Of a DNA stretch of 64,000 nt, positions 25,425 to 38,609 are shown one piece after another (position 1 is the stretch's first letter; each line of letters starts with the position of its first letter). Origin of the DNA: Octopus vulgaris (taxonomy: Eukaryota); the NCBI GenBank assembly GCA_951406725.2, contig OX597827.1, forward strand, positions 19,964,001 to 20,028,000. Reading direction: 5' to 3'. A program made the translations under genes and the position numbers. The notes beneath the pieces are model-generated. The model was given only the letters and a program-made list of their open reading frames with translations. It searched no databases and was not told where the DNA came from.

Positions 25425-25653
25425 ATTTCTTTATTGCCCACAAGGGGCTAAACACAGAGGGGACAAACAAGGACAGACAAACGGATTAAGTCGATTACAT
25501 CGACCCCAGTACGTAACTGGTACTTAATTTATCGACCCCGAAAGGATGAAAGGCAAAGTCGACCTCGGCGGAATTTGAACACAGAACCTAACGGCAGACG
25601 AAATACGGCTACGCATTTCGCCCGGCGTGCTAACGTTTCTGCCAGCTCGCCGC
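25425..25653 (-). mobile_element. SINE family D (ggcgagctggcagaaacgttagc...gtcgactttgcctttcatcctttcggggtcg)
   Basis: Homologous to 28880-29091, 30566-30970 and older fragments near 8700, 17050, 27930, 41800. Confidence 0.85.
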
Positions 25654-25672
25654 TGGTTATTGCTGTATGAAA

Positions 25673-25720
<48 letters not shown>

Positions 25721-25892
25721 ATTGCTTATTTCTGTCATTATCGTTCTTGTTGCACTCTGTTCGGCAAGATCGTTTGGCTGTTGTGGCCTTCCATAGGAAG
25801 TTGACAACATTTCCGGTTTTCTAACTTGGAATTCATGGAATATTTGCTGTTTGCCTTATTCGTTAACTCTCTTTTAAATTTCCTTGCATAAG

Positions 25893-25937
<45 letters not shown>

Positions 25938-26599
25938 GTGTGTGTTGGTGCGGTTCACTTCGATGGTTCTCCTTCATAAACCCTTTTTTTTTCTGCCAGT
26001 CATCGCCTTCAAATTTTTATTTTGTCTCCATTTCCATCTGGTGATTTGTTTATTATTTATCGATTAAAATCCACTCATGACCATCTCATTGATTTCTAAC
26101 GTATCAATTTTTAGGATTCATCATCATCATCATCATCATCATCAACATCATCGTTATCATTTAACGCCTTCTTTGCTGCCTTGGTCAAGAGCCGACAACT
26201 CCGCAGACTGCACCGGGCTCCAAATATCTGTTTTCATACGCTTTCAACTGCCAAATGTCCTTCCTAACATCAACCACTTCACACAGCAGCACTGAGGACC
26301 TCGCAAGACCAAAGAGTACCCTCAACTGAGAGGGAGTATTGTAGATAGAGAGGATGGAATTGTTTCGATAAGTTTTTCCATTTTTTAATTCAATTGAGAA
26401 TAATTTAAAAAGAGTCGGCTCTTCCTTCTTACAAGTCTAACTTCCATTAAAACTCCAATACTTCATCTGTCACACACACTTTTCAGCCGCGCAACATTTT
26501 ATTCCGTTTCCTCTCGGACCTCTCAAGGTTTCCGCGATAATATTGTCAATACCACGTCGTCGACTGTTTCTGACATCATTATTCCTACCACTGGCGTTA

Positions 26600-26935
26600 T
26601 CACTACCAACACCACCATCCCCACTACTATACACCACCACCACTACCACCGCCATCACCTCCATCACCATCACCACCACCACCACCATAACCACAACCGT
26701 CACCATCACCACCTTCACCACCACCATCAACATCACAACCACCCACTACTATCACCATCACCACCATCATCACCACCACCATCACCACCACCATCACCAC
26801 CATTACCACCACCACCACCACCACCACCATCACCACTACCATCACCACCATTACCACCACCACCATCATCACCACCATTACCACCAACACCACCATCACC
26901 ACCACCACCACCACCACTGCTACTACTATAACAAC
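26600..26935. repeat. (CAC/CAT)n trinucleotide repeat
   Basis: Imperfect CAC array. Confidence 0.95.
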
Positions 26936-28030
26936 TAAAACAAAGATAGCAACATCGAAAGCAAGAGATTCAACATACAACGACAGCAAACAAAAAGAAC
27001 CCCAAAAATACAACAAAAGCAACAACAATGACAACAAACATAGTTTACATTCCTACAGTTTGTGGCTGCGCATCCAAGTTGCGCAAGCATCTGGTTTTTT
27101 TTATTTTTGTTGTTTTGTTGGGTGTTTTTTGTATTTTGTCTTTTGCTTGTTGTTTTGTGTTTTTTTTTTATATATTTTGTTTATCTGAATTACGATCAGT
27201 GATTATCTAATTTTTAATTTAGTTTCAATTCCTGATCAGTTGTATTGTTGTTGTTGTTGTCGTCGTCGTTATTATTATCATTATTATTGTTATTTTTATT
27301 ATTATTATTATTATTATTGTTGTTGTTGTTGCTATTATTCACCATCGTCGTTGTTGTTGTTGTTGTTATTGCAGTTATTGTCATAATCATCATCGTTATC
27401 GGTATCATTATCTTCATAAATTATTAGTATTATAATTACCATTATTATTGCTATTATTATTATTGTTGTTGTCGTTGCTGATGATGATGATGATGATGAT
27501 GCTGTTTTTGTTGTCATGTTCATCATCGTTATCGTCACCATCATCATCATCATCATCCGTATTAATTACTTTAGCATTTCGTTAAATCGACTGAAGAAAC
27601 CACCGCCATTACTGAACACGTGACTTGCGGCCGGCGGCAAAGTATTTCATTTGCCAATCGCAGCAAACACTTATTCCTCTCCCCCTTTTCGCACTTCTCC
27701 CTTCAACATTCACCTTTCTCGTAAATCATTTATACACACCTTCCACTCCTTTCTCATACTTCCCCGCCTCCTTTCATACATTTTTCTTTTCTTTCTTGCA
27801 ATATCATCATCATTATCATCATCATCATCATCAAGAACAGTAGCAATGTAACTTTTTAATGTGAAACGTGCAAATATGGTCGTGGTGATAGATTGAATGA
27901 CCTAACTTTATTCCAATTATTGTATGAGTTCAAATCCTGCCGAGGTCAAATTTGTTTTCATCCCAGTGGAGTCTAAAAATATATACCAGTCATGTACTGG
28001 GGTCTCGCTTTACTAATGCATAGCTTTGTG

Positions 28031-28330
28031 TGGAGGCACATGGCCTAGTGGTTAGAGCAGCGGACTCGCGGTCGAGGGATCTCGGCTTCGAATCTCAGAC
28101 CGGGCGATGTGTGTGTGTTTATGAGCGAAACACCTAAGCTCGACGCGGCTCCGGCAGAAGGTAATGGCGAAACTTCTGCTGACTCTTTCACCACAACTTT
28201 CTCTCACTCTTTCCTCCTGCATCTTGCAGCTCACCTGCGACGGACCGGCGTCCCGTCCAGGTGGGGAACCTATACGCCAAAGAAACCGGGAAACCGGCCC
28301 TTATGAGCCAGGCATAGCTCGAGAAGGAAC
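28031..28330 (+). mobile_element. tRNA-derived SINE family B
   Basis: tggcctagtggttagagcagcggactcgcggtcg...ttcgaatctc head (tRNA-Arg-like); inverted copy at 31738-32036. Confidence 0.88.
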
Positions 28331-28394
28331 AGAATGTACAGCTTTAGCTTCATGGCACGGCCAGAATAATCGGGGAAGTATTAGATGAAAAGAA

Positions 28395-28876
28395 AGACTA
28401 GCATGGTATCGTAAGCTACAGGTAACAATCCCGCTACGCATGCAAGACTCCAGGAGCTCCAACAAAATCTGTGATAAAAAGAAAATAATAATAATAATAA
28501 CCGGCAGATGACAATGTGTCTCTAAAAGAAATGGAGAAACTCTCAAAATACAAAGACCTGGAAATAGAGGTAACCAGAATGTGGAATCTAAAAACAGAAA
28601 CAATTCCTATCATAGTAGGTGCATTAGGCATGATAAAAAAATATTCAGACAAATACATAACAAAAACACCAGGACTTACAAACACATATAACATACAGAA
28701 AATTGCACTACTAGGCACTGCACACATCCTACGCAGAACACTTTCCATACAATAACCATCAGAGCATCATAACAAATCACAGCACATACCCAAGGCACAC
28801 AGAGCTGCGCTCGGTAGTGAAGTGAAAGCACGCTATAAAAATAAAACTACTGAATAATAATAATAATAATAATAAT
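28395..28876 (+). mobile_element. R4/Dong-like LINE 3' end with (TAA)n tail
   Basis: EKLSKYKDLEIEVTRMW...IPIIVGALG...IQKIALLGTAHILRRTL*. Confidence 0.88.
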
Positions 28877-28879
28877 GAT

Positions 28880-29091
28880 CCTTTCTATTGAAGGCACAAG
28901 GCCTTGAAATTTTGGGGTAGGGGACTAGTCGATTACATCGACCCCAGTGTTTCACTGGTACTTAATTTATCGACCTCGAAAGGATGAAAAACAAAGTCGA
29001 TCTCGTCGGAAGTTGAACTTACAACGTAAAAACGGGCGAAATACCGCTAAATCTCTTGCCCGGCGTACTAACGATCCTGCCAGCTCACCGC
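28880..29091 (-). mobile_element. SINE family D
   Basis: Similarity to 25425-25653. Confidence 0.8.
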
Positions 29092-29430
29092 TTTCAATAA
29101 TAATAATAATAATAATGATGATTTCATTTATTTGCCACAAGGGCGATGGACGAGAGGAACAATACAGAGACAGACATAAATTGTGGGGGTTTACATATAA
29201 TAATGAAATGATAATATAAAAAATAAAGTATACACGTAACAATAATAATAATGATAATAATGAACCGGAGGGGAGAAGCAGGAGCAAGAGGATAAGGAGG
29301 AGGAGCAGGAGCAGCAGGAAGAAGAACAGGGGCAGGAGGAGGAAAAGAAGAAAACTCGTCCATGTTTGGGGCCCAGCAGACACCAGTTTGGAAACATCGT
29401 TGCAAAATCTGGAAGGAGAGAAATGAAAAT

Positions 29431-29656
29431 ATAGTAATCCCTCGACTATCGCGGTTGTTAGGTTCCAAAAACCCCCGCGATAAGTGAAAGTCCGCGAAGT
29501 AAAAACAATACTGTACTATATGTTTTTAAAACATTTTTTTAATAATTTTTATATATTTATTTTATTATAAATGCAAAACAACACCACCGAAGAATCGACG
29601 TAAGCTTAAACAATAAACCGCGATAGGTGAAGCACGATATGACGAGGGATCACTGT
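29431..29656. mobile_element. pogo/Tigger-type MITE
   Basis: TIRs tagtaatccctcg / cgagggatcactg with TA flanks. Confidence 0.75.
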
Positions 29657-30565
29657 ATAACCATTCTTGCCATTTATGCAGAACTCATCCTAAACCCACA
29701 AGAAATATCAATCTGCTAGCAGTGGGAAACGCACAGCCCAGTCCTTACAGAACAGAATCGGTCTAAAACGTGTGTGAGATCGAGATCAACCAAGTAAAAT
29801 GTCAAGCATCATTAGAAGTGCGATTATTGGAGGAGGAGGAGGAGGAGGAACAAATCATTGAGTCGTAGATGAGTAAGGAGACTTTTTCAGGAGACGAAAG
29901 TGAGGGATGTGCCGCCTGAAATTAATTGTGGTTGTCGTGAGGGCTGTCAGACGATGAGATGATAAACTAAAGTTTTTTCATACAGGGAACTTTGTTAAGG
30001 ACTGGAATCGAGCTTAGAGTTTCTGATTCAATAGAATTTACCTGGAGAAATTGCAATCAGCAAGACTTGCCGAACGGACACAACTGTACATTGTGGTTGA
30101 GGAAGACCCAGGTTCTACTCTTGTGGTGACACCAAACATCTGTGTCGAACGTAAAAGGGAAAACTCACATTGCTACCAACCCACAGCACAATTACAAACA
30201 CCGCAGTAATAAGAGCAGGAGCCAATACCGCGATGAATCAAAACACACATACAGGAGTGCGGTAACCAAGAACAACATCGACAGAAATGTAAAGTACATA
30301 TCTTTGTTCCCTTCTAATTTCTTGTCAAATGACAAGGAAGATTCCAATATTGGATTCAGGGGTCTAAGGGAAGACCAAGGTCAGTGTTTCCAGCACTTGA
30401 TGGATTTGCATGGAGAAGGTCATTGAAGTGAGGGAGATAAACCACAGAGAGAAAGAGGGAGAAAGAGTGAGAGTGTGAATCTCTGTCAGAACAACCATAG
30501 CAATATGCTGAGCATAACAACCACAGGAAAAACCGTAGCCATAATTACAGCAGACGAAAAGCCAC

Positions 30566-30970
30566 CTATTTCTTTACTACCCACAAGGGGCTAAACACAG
30601 AGAGGACAAACAAAGACAGACACACGGATTAAGTCGATTACATCGACCCCAGTGTGCAACTGGTACTTAATTTATCGACCCCGAAAGGATGAAAGGCAAA
30701 GTCGACCTTGGCGGAATTTGAACTCAGAACGTAACGGCAGACGAAATACCTATTTCTTTATTACCCACAAGGGGCTAAACATAGAGGGAACAAACAAGGA
30801 CAGACATAGGTATTAAGTCGATTACATCGACCCCAGTGCGTAACTGGTACTTAATTTATCTACCCCGAAAGGATGAAAGGCAAAGTCGACCTTGGCGGAA
30901 TTTGAACTCAGATCGTAACGGCAGACAAAATACCGCTAAGCATTTCGCCCGGCGCGCTAATGTGTCTGCC
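30566..30970 (-). mobile_element. SINE family D with tandemly duplicated 3' part
   Basis: Two ~183-bp units each starting cctatttctttacta/ttacccacaaggggctaaac. Confidence 0.85.
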
Positions 30971-31737
30971 ATACCAAAAGACACCATCACCACTAAAACT
31001 CTCAACATCTGTACACAGACCTACTTTTCAATTTCCATGATTTTCTCTTAAGGAATCCAGTGAGCTGACGGACCCAAAACCAACAACAATTACAGGGAAG
31101 ATATAAACGAATTCCTGTCTTTGTTGGCCATCGAATATCTCTGACTCCTGCAACAAAGGCTTACAAAATTTACCAAGAAGGTACTAAAAGGACGTGAAAC
31201 ATTTCAAACAAGCGACTTTTGGGAACTGCTTAAAACCATATTGTCAGTAGTTCTGATGTTTTTAGCCAACATAACTGTCTTAAGATTAGAATACGTGAAT
31301 AGTCATACCATTGGAGTTGCTTGGCAGCAAGAACTCCAGACGAAGGATTGCAGGTCTTTCAGTATAAGTCTAGCAGCTATCAGTGAGGCCAGATGCGTAC
31401 GCATAAGCTCCTTTTGACCGACTACACAATTTCTATTTCCTTGAATCTGATTGGATAGAGCGGAGTGGTGAAGCAGGGGGTTTTTTAAGACCCATGATTG
31501 TTCATGTGCTGAGTCAGGCGAGAGACAAGATCTGGAACAGCATCTTAAACATTTGCTGCGACCATGTGAGGATAACTGATTGAAAAGATGTCTCTAAAAC
31601 ATCCTGACAGGTATCATGTGTGCGTGGGATGGGCTGGTGGAAATGGACGGATTTGAATGGTTTAATCGACAAGCTTTACGTTTTGCATGTTAAACTTGTT
31701 CGGTTCGGTTTCGGTAGATGTCAGCTACCAATTTTTT

Positions 31738-32036
31738 TGTTCCTACGCGAGCCACGCCTGGCTCATAAGGGCCGGTTTCCCGGTTTCCTTGGCGTATAGG
31801 TTCCCCACCTGGACGGGACACCGGTCCGTCGCAGGTGAGCTGCAAGATGCAGGAGGAAAGAGTGATAGAAAGTTGTAGCGAAAGAGTCAGCAGAAATTCG
31901 CCATTACCTTCTTCCGGAGCCGCGTCGAGCTTAGGAGTTTTCGCTCATAAACACACACATCGCCCGGTCTGAGATTCGAACCCGCGATCCCTTGACCGCG
32001 AGTCCGCTGCTCTAACCACTAGGCCATGTGCCTCCA
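31738..32036 (-). mobile_element. SINE family B
   Basis: Reverse complement of 28031-28330. Confidence 0.88.
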
Positions 32037-33574
32037 GCTACCAATTGGAAACAATCATGTGAGAAGAGGAATTATGACGCGACTGAAAAGGTGAATGATG
32101 GCGCAACTGAGACAGGACAAGAGTGAAGGGCGATCGTTAATAATTTGAAGCTCAGAACTCTTCATTTAATCGAATTTAAGATTTTGGTAAAGGTTTTCGG
32201 GATATCTGCTATATTGAGTTGGAAGCGAGCAAGTTTAATGACCTTCATTTAAGTACATCTTTCTGCCGTTGTTTACATTCTGATCAAAATGCAGTCTTTG
32301 TTCAAGTTATCGCCAAAACTTGATATGTCTAGCATCAACTCCCAACAGATGACCTACTTTCACCATTTATATGATGACCAACTCCAACCTTTCTGACCTT
32401 CTGATAAAATGATATTATTTAACCACAGGTTAAATGATATCATTATATATATATAGGTCTAACAAGTCAGACCTATAATCAGACATACATGCCATAAGCA
32501 GCCTGATTTTTGCAGACACAGTCCTTCTATATTTAGTAAGTTAGAGTATGATGTGATATAAACTTAGCTGTTGTTTCTAGTTGTTCGAGAGACCGCATAG
32601 ATTTCTCTTTCGTTAGTTCAGTATTTGTTGAAATAGCAGAGAACTGGACTAAACTGGATCTCATAAAGTACCGATAATTATATTGGTGTCCACTCTATCA
32701 TGGCGATCACTTAATACCAGTAATTATATTGGTGTCCGTTTTATCACAGCGGTTAAGTAACTAAATACCAGTGATTATACCAGTACCAGTTGAGAAATGG
32801 GGTCGATGCAATCGACTAGCCTCCCCCCACTACCACCACCACAAGATTTCTGGAGGCCTTACCCTTATAACGAAAAAAGAATTTTCATGTTGAGGTTGGC
32901 GTTGTTGCTGTTTGTTGTTGTCGCCGATATCATTGTCTAAGTCGTTGTTTTTGTTTTTGGAATAAAGTAGTGAGTGGCAGATTTGGATGAGTGAACGGCT
33001 CATCAAAATACTTTGTGGTATTTCGTTGCGTCCTGAGTTAAAATACATCTTCTATTCTACCGGTGGCCAATAAAACAGGTACCAATCATATACTAGTGTG
33101 TGTGTTACAGTTCAACAACCATCCCTCTAACTCAAAATATTTTTAAAAAATCCAAGTTTATTGTTTCTGTAATTCAAGTGCTAGTCCACCCCGGGTATTG
33201 CTAAAGTATTTATCTGGGTGGATGTACCAAAATATTCCAGTTATAGAGGGACGTTTCTCAATACCCAATCTGGAAAAAATATGACTTCTAATATTTAATA
33301 GGAAAAGAAGCAGAAATAGTCAAGGGCATGATTTGTTTTTTATATTATTGGAATGGAAAGTGACCTTCCTCCTCTCTTTCTCCTCCTCTCCTATTCCCTT
33401 CTTCGTTTTCTTCTTTGTTTTTTTTTTCTTTTCCCTTCATTGAAAGAATCAGGTCTTCAGCCCTCGCTTCATTGAAATCAAGAGCATCTGCTGTCTTCAG
33501 TTTTCTCATTGAACAGCACACATACTCACGCACTCACACACACACGACTCACATGCATACGCATAAATTATGTT

Positions 33575-33627
<53 letters not shown>

Positions 33628-33926
33628 TGTGTGAGAGAGAGCAAGGCAAAGAAAGAACATTTTAGATTAACTGTCAAGATGTTTGACTCTACCAAGTTAG
33701 TTATCTACCTTGATTACCTCCCCACGCTTCTCTATCCATACGACACCGCCTCGGGCGACTCTCAGCGGAAGACGTGTGACGTCATTGAAAAAACTTTTTC
33801 TTTTTTTTTTTCATATTTTATGCATTTTTATTTTTTCTTACATTTTCATCTTCAGTTACTTGCATTTATTTTCCTCTTTCAAACTGATAAAATTGATCTA
33901 GTAATAGAGTATTATCATTATTATTA

Positions 33927-33970
<44 letters not shown>

Positions 33971-35566
33971 AAAGTATACATGTTGTTGTAGTTGTTTGGT
34001 TCGTTTCCCATCTCTGCCGTCGTTGATTCAATACTTAAATTAAGAGATACAAACTCGACAACAACGATTCCACCTCACGGCCAAATGTTCCTTTGACATT
34101 TTCTTTAATCCTCCTTTCTTTCTTAGGATCTGCCCTTTCTCTTTATCTATCTAGCTAGCTATCTATCGAGAAAAATATCTATTCCTACTATATGCATATA
34201 TATATATATTTCTATCTCTCTCTTCTTCCCTCACACACACACACAAACACACACACGCGCGTACACATGCACACACAACGACATTCAACTGTCCGTCTGC
34301 CCTTATTAACTCCCACCACCTTCGTTTCTTCCACGTTTTCTTTCCTTTTCCTTTTTACCTTTCCAATTTTCTCAGTTTCTTTCTCCTCTTTTTCTCTCTC
34401 CTCTTCACCCTACATACGTGTGTGTACATATACTTCTCTACAGCATATATGTGTATATTTTAATTGTGTGTGTATTTCATACACACATGTATGCACTCAT
34501 ATATGCATACCTGCATTTATATACAACACATAGTATGCAGTAGCACGTACACACATATACATATATGCATTTGTGCATGGATACGTACGACCATATAAAC
34601 ATACCTCTTTATCTATTTATCTAATTTTCTTCTTCCTTTTCACATTTCTATTTGTCTGTCTTTCATTTCTTTGTCTCCATTCAATGAAGTTTCTTTTATC
34701 AAAAGCGCTATCTTTTTATTCTCAAAGCAACAGACGACATGTCTTGACTCACTTAAACTTTCTCTCTCACAGTCACGCACAGCCAAACGCACATGAGCAT
34801 ATGCAGAAAGATTTGTGTATCTATGAATTCGTATATTATATACGTACACATATGTATACACGTATATATACATATATATATATGTGTATGTGTGTGTAGA
34901 TAGATATGCATATTACGTGTGTTTGCATGTATGTGTGTGTATTTGTGTGAGTATGTGTATGTATATGTACGTACATATGTATGTATGTATGTTTGTGTGT
35001 ATGTATGTATGTATGTACGTATGTTTGTGTGTATTTGTGTGAGTATGTGTATGTATATGTACGTACATATGTATGTATGTATGTATGTTTGTGTGTATGT
35101 ATGTATGTATGTACGTATGTTTGTGTGTATGTTTGTGTATGTATATATGTATGTATTTATTTATGTATGTATGTATGTTTGTATGTATGTATGTATGTAT
35201 GTACGTACGTATGTATGTATGTATGTACGTACAAATGTATGTACGTACATATGTATGTATGTATGTATGTATGTATGTTTGTATGTATGTACGTATGTAT
35301 GAACATAATAACACATATGTATCTGTATACATCCACATTCTGAAACCTGCCTGCATATTTATAGTTATATAAATTCATAGTTATATACGTGTGTATTTGA
35401 GTACATTCACACACGCGCGCACACACATACACACACACACGCACACATACACACACATACACACACACGCACTGACAAGCGTAAATGAAAGATTCAAGGT
35501 TGTATTACAGCAGTGATGAGAAATTATTAAATTAATTTTGTATTTTTATTAAAGGAGAAGAAACGT

Positions 35567-35610
<44 letters not shown>

Positions 35611-35793
35611 CTATGTGTATGTACCTTGAAATGTACCTTGAAAAGGAGGCGGTTCGGCGCAAACGTGAGCGCGTGCGGGCGCACATAAACCAATTAAAAT
35701 TGGTGTTAATTGACATTTCAAGAAATTATTTTGTAAATGTACTGATGTCCCGGGTTTTGGCATCCGGAGGCTGCCACGAAAAATTATTGACGC

Positions 35794-36205
35794 AGGCGTG
35801 ACTGTGTGGTAAGAAGCTTGCTCCCTTACCACATGGTTGCGGGTTCAGTCCCACTGCGTGGCACCTTGGGCAAGTATCTTCTACTATTGCCTCGAGCCGA
35901 CGAAAGCCTTGTGAGTGGTTTTGGTAGACGGAAACTGAAAGAAGCCCGTCGTATGCGTGCGTGTGTGTGTGTATGTGTACATGTGTGTGTGCATGTGTCT
36001 TTGTGTCTTTGTACTCCCACCACCACTTGAAAATCGGTGTTGGTGTGTTTATGTCCCCGTAACATAGCGGATCGGCAAAAGCGAGCGATTAGAAAAGTAC
36101 CAGGCTTAAAGAAAAATACTAGGGTCGATTAATTCGGCTAAAAATTCTTGAAGGCGATGCTGCAGCTCGGCCGCAATCTAATGACTGAAACAAATAAAAG
36201 AAAAA
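35794..36205 (+). mobile_element. SINE family A (older copy)
   Basis: Head and tail recognisable, more diverged. Confidence 0.85.
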
Positions 36206-37063
36206 ATAGAAGATGAATGTCTGGTATTATACTGATGTGAGGTACTGTGCTGGTTCTGTACTAGTGTCGGGTACTGTACTAGTATGACCGTCAGTTAATA
36301 ATGGGTCACCTGCCTGTATTAACGATTTCGCTTCAATGGTTCGAAGGTGATGCGTGTAAGTGAAAGCGTCTGACTCTACCAGCACAAGACATTATAAACG
36401 GTTGTAGCTTTTGTCGACGCCAGGGGACCAAGGATGGAATCAGAATTCAGAAAGATTTCAACAATCACAGCTGTTTCTCTGGCGAACTTTCACATTACGG
36501 ATAATGAATGGAATGCGCGCGCGTGCGAGTGTGTGTTTGTGTGTGTTATAAAATGGATCGTTCTTCCATTTTGACACTGAGCATCGCAGAACACAGCAGC
36601 TTTACTCCTTCGCCCCTCCCCCAAAAAAAAAACAATATATTTAGATACATAGATAGATAGATAGATAGATATCCCAAAAATGAAACAAGAACGCAACAGA
36701 CGATGGGCAGATAGACGATGCGAAGACGGACAGGAAAAAACAAGGACGGGTCATTCGCAAGTTCCTGTCCGCCTTCGTATCGCCTATCTGTCCGGATATT
36801 TTATTGTCGTCTGTTGCGTTCTTGTTCCAGTTTTTGGATTTATATATACATATCGCGCATGACCCAGTGGTTAGAGCGTCGAGCTTACGGTTGTAAGTTC
36901 GATTCTCGGACCGGGCTGCGTGTTGCGTTCTTGAGCAAGACACTTTATTTCGCGTTGCTCCAGTTAACACAACATACAGCCCGGTCCGGGATTCGAGCTC
37001 ACAACCTCACGATCGTAAGCTCGACGCTCTAACCACTGAGCCATGCGCCTTCACTATATATAT

Positions 37064-37995
37064 CTCTTTACTCTTTTACTCTTTTACTTGTTTCAGCCAT
37101 CCGGCTGAGGCCATGCTGGGGCACCGCCCTTGTTGCTACCCTCTCTAAGTCCAGTTTGCCGTGGCTGGCCACTGATCTAAGAGAGAGTTTGTAGCTGCTG
37201 CCCTTAGGTTACCTTCGTACCTTGCAGTGGGTTCATCTGGGATCCCGGAAAGCAGCTTGTCTAGATGTTTTTTGAAAATGTCCACATCCGCATCATGTAG
37301 ATCTCTTAGTTTTCTTGGCAGTTTGTTGAACAGCTGAGGGCCCCTGAACCCCAGGCTATTACAGTATCTGCTCCTTACCCTGGATGTGGAAGACGGGACC
37401 TTTGGCACCACACAGTGACGTCCTGTACGGGGATTGGAACAGCTCTCAATTCCAAAATTTGGTGCTAGTCCCTCCAGGATTTTCCATATGTATATCACTG
37501 CATATCTCTCTCGTCTTCGTTCCAAGGAGTACAAATTGAGTTCCCTAAGCCTCTCCCAATAGTTCTTTTCTTTCATGGTGGAAATCCTCTTGGTGAAATG
37601 TCTTTGGATTGTCTCAAGCTCTGTGGTTAGTTTGACACTATGCGGTGACCACAGTTGGGAGCAGTAGTCCAGGCGGCTTAGGACAAATGTCCTCCATAGT
37701 GTCACCATGGTCTCGCAGTCTCTTGTCCGGAATGTCCTCAGGATCCAGCCAGTGAGTCGTCCGCACATTGTCGCCACCTTCGCGATGTGTGAAGAAAAAG
37801 ATGCATCGTCACTCATGTCTATCCCCAGGTCCCGTATTGATTTCGATACTGGGATTTCGATCCCTCCTGGACCAGTATAGTTGTGTTGTAATGTATATGT
37901 GTTTACAGCTTGATATTGTAAGGCTTGAAATTTACCAGCATTAAATTGCATGTTGTTGTCTTCAGCCCATTTGTATATGGCATCCAGATCTTTTT
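37064..37995 (-). mobile_element. CR1/L2-group LINE 3' end with intact 268-aa ORF tail and 3' UTR
   Basis: MQFNAGKF...RDLGI...LSRLDYCSQLWSP...LYSLERRRER...GPQLFNKLP; ends in (GTAAAAGA)n tail. Confidence 0.92.
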
Positions 37996-38061
37996 TTGAT
38001 TGCCTGTGCTACCTTTGTGTCATCAGCATAGCTAGTGAGGGATGTTGTTTGTGCTACCAAG

Positions 38062-38106
<45 letters not shown>

Positions 38107-38109
<3 letters not shown>

Positions 38110-38456
38110 GGAATAAATCCAAACTTACAGGGAAAATTCAGATTTAAGATTGAATCCAATTTTATAGTAAAATATTATATTATATTAAATTAGAGATAAA
38201 ACCATTATTAGGCAAATCATACAATTTTAGTTCATTGATTAAACCTCGCCAAGTTAAATATTTAAACCACCTGATGAATGACTGTAACTCGAAAATTTAA
38301 AGAAATTAACAGCCATGAAACGATCGTAGTGTTATATTAATTATATTTTTTAAATAATTTTGTTATATATTTAAATAATATAAATTAAATAATCTTATCT
38401 ATTGGCTTAAGTTTTTCATTGTATGATTTGCCTAATAGTGGTTTTATCTCTAATTC

Positions 38457-38465
<9 letters not shown>
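38107..38465 (+). mobile_element. TA-inserted non-autonomous element with hammerhead core and 38-bp inverted repeats
   Basis: CTGATGA 38271, GAAACGATCGTA 38317; inverted repeats 38188-38225 / 38418-38455. Confidence 0.7.
38268..38331 (+). ncRNA. Type-I hammerhead ribozyme motif
   Basis: cac-CUGAUGA-augacugu...acagccau-GAAAC-gauc-GUA-gug; intact core, stem II 7/8 pairs, palindromic stem III. Confidence 0.7.
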
Positions 38466-38510
<45 letters not shown>

Positions 38511-38609
38511 AACAGACAGACAGACATAGTTTATTGTTCCGTTAAAGTAGGAACAACAAAAATGTACTCCATCGAGTGAGAGATTAGTGAAGAGCTACTA
38601 AGAGTAAAG

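Larger units (their letters stand above)
29360..31050 (-). pseudogene. Degenerate class A (rhodopsin-like) GPCR pseudogene, interrupted by a SINE duplication and a pogo-type MITE
   Basis: Ordered minus-strand remnants: TM1-like GVFWYGFSSAVIMATVFPVVVMLSIL (frame restored on removing the SINE), TM2-like FNDLL, TM3 CVF*FIAVLAP (RFIAV motif with Arg->stop), TM4 AVFVIVLWVGS, TM5-like GLGCAFP, TM6 GVCWAP; many stops and frameshifts. Confidence 0.5.

Noticed and set aside
26543-27037. Poly-His, poly-Thr or poly-Val ORFs
   Set aside because: (CAC)n repeat with no splice or domain support
28031-28105. tRNA gene-like sequences (also 2240, 52878, 59250)
   Set aside because: SINE heads continuing into SINE bodies; no complete cloverleaf or terminator
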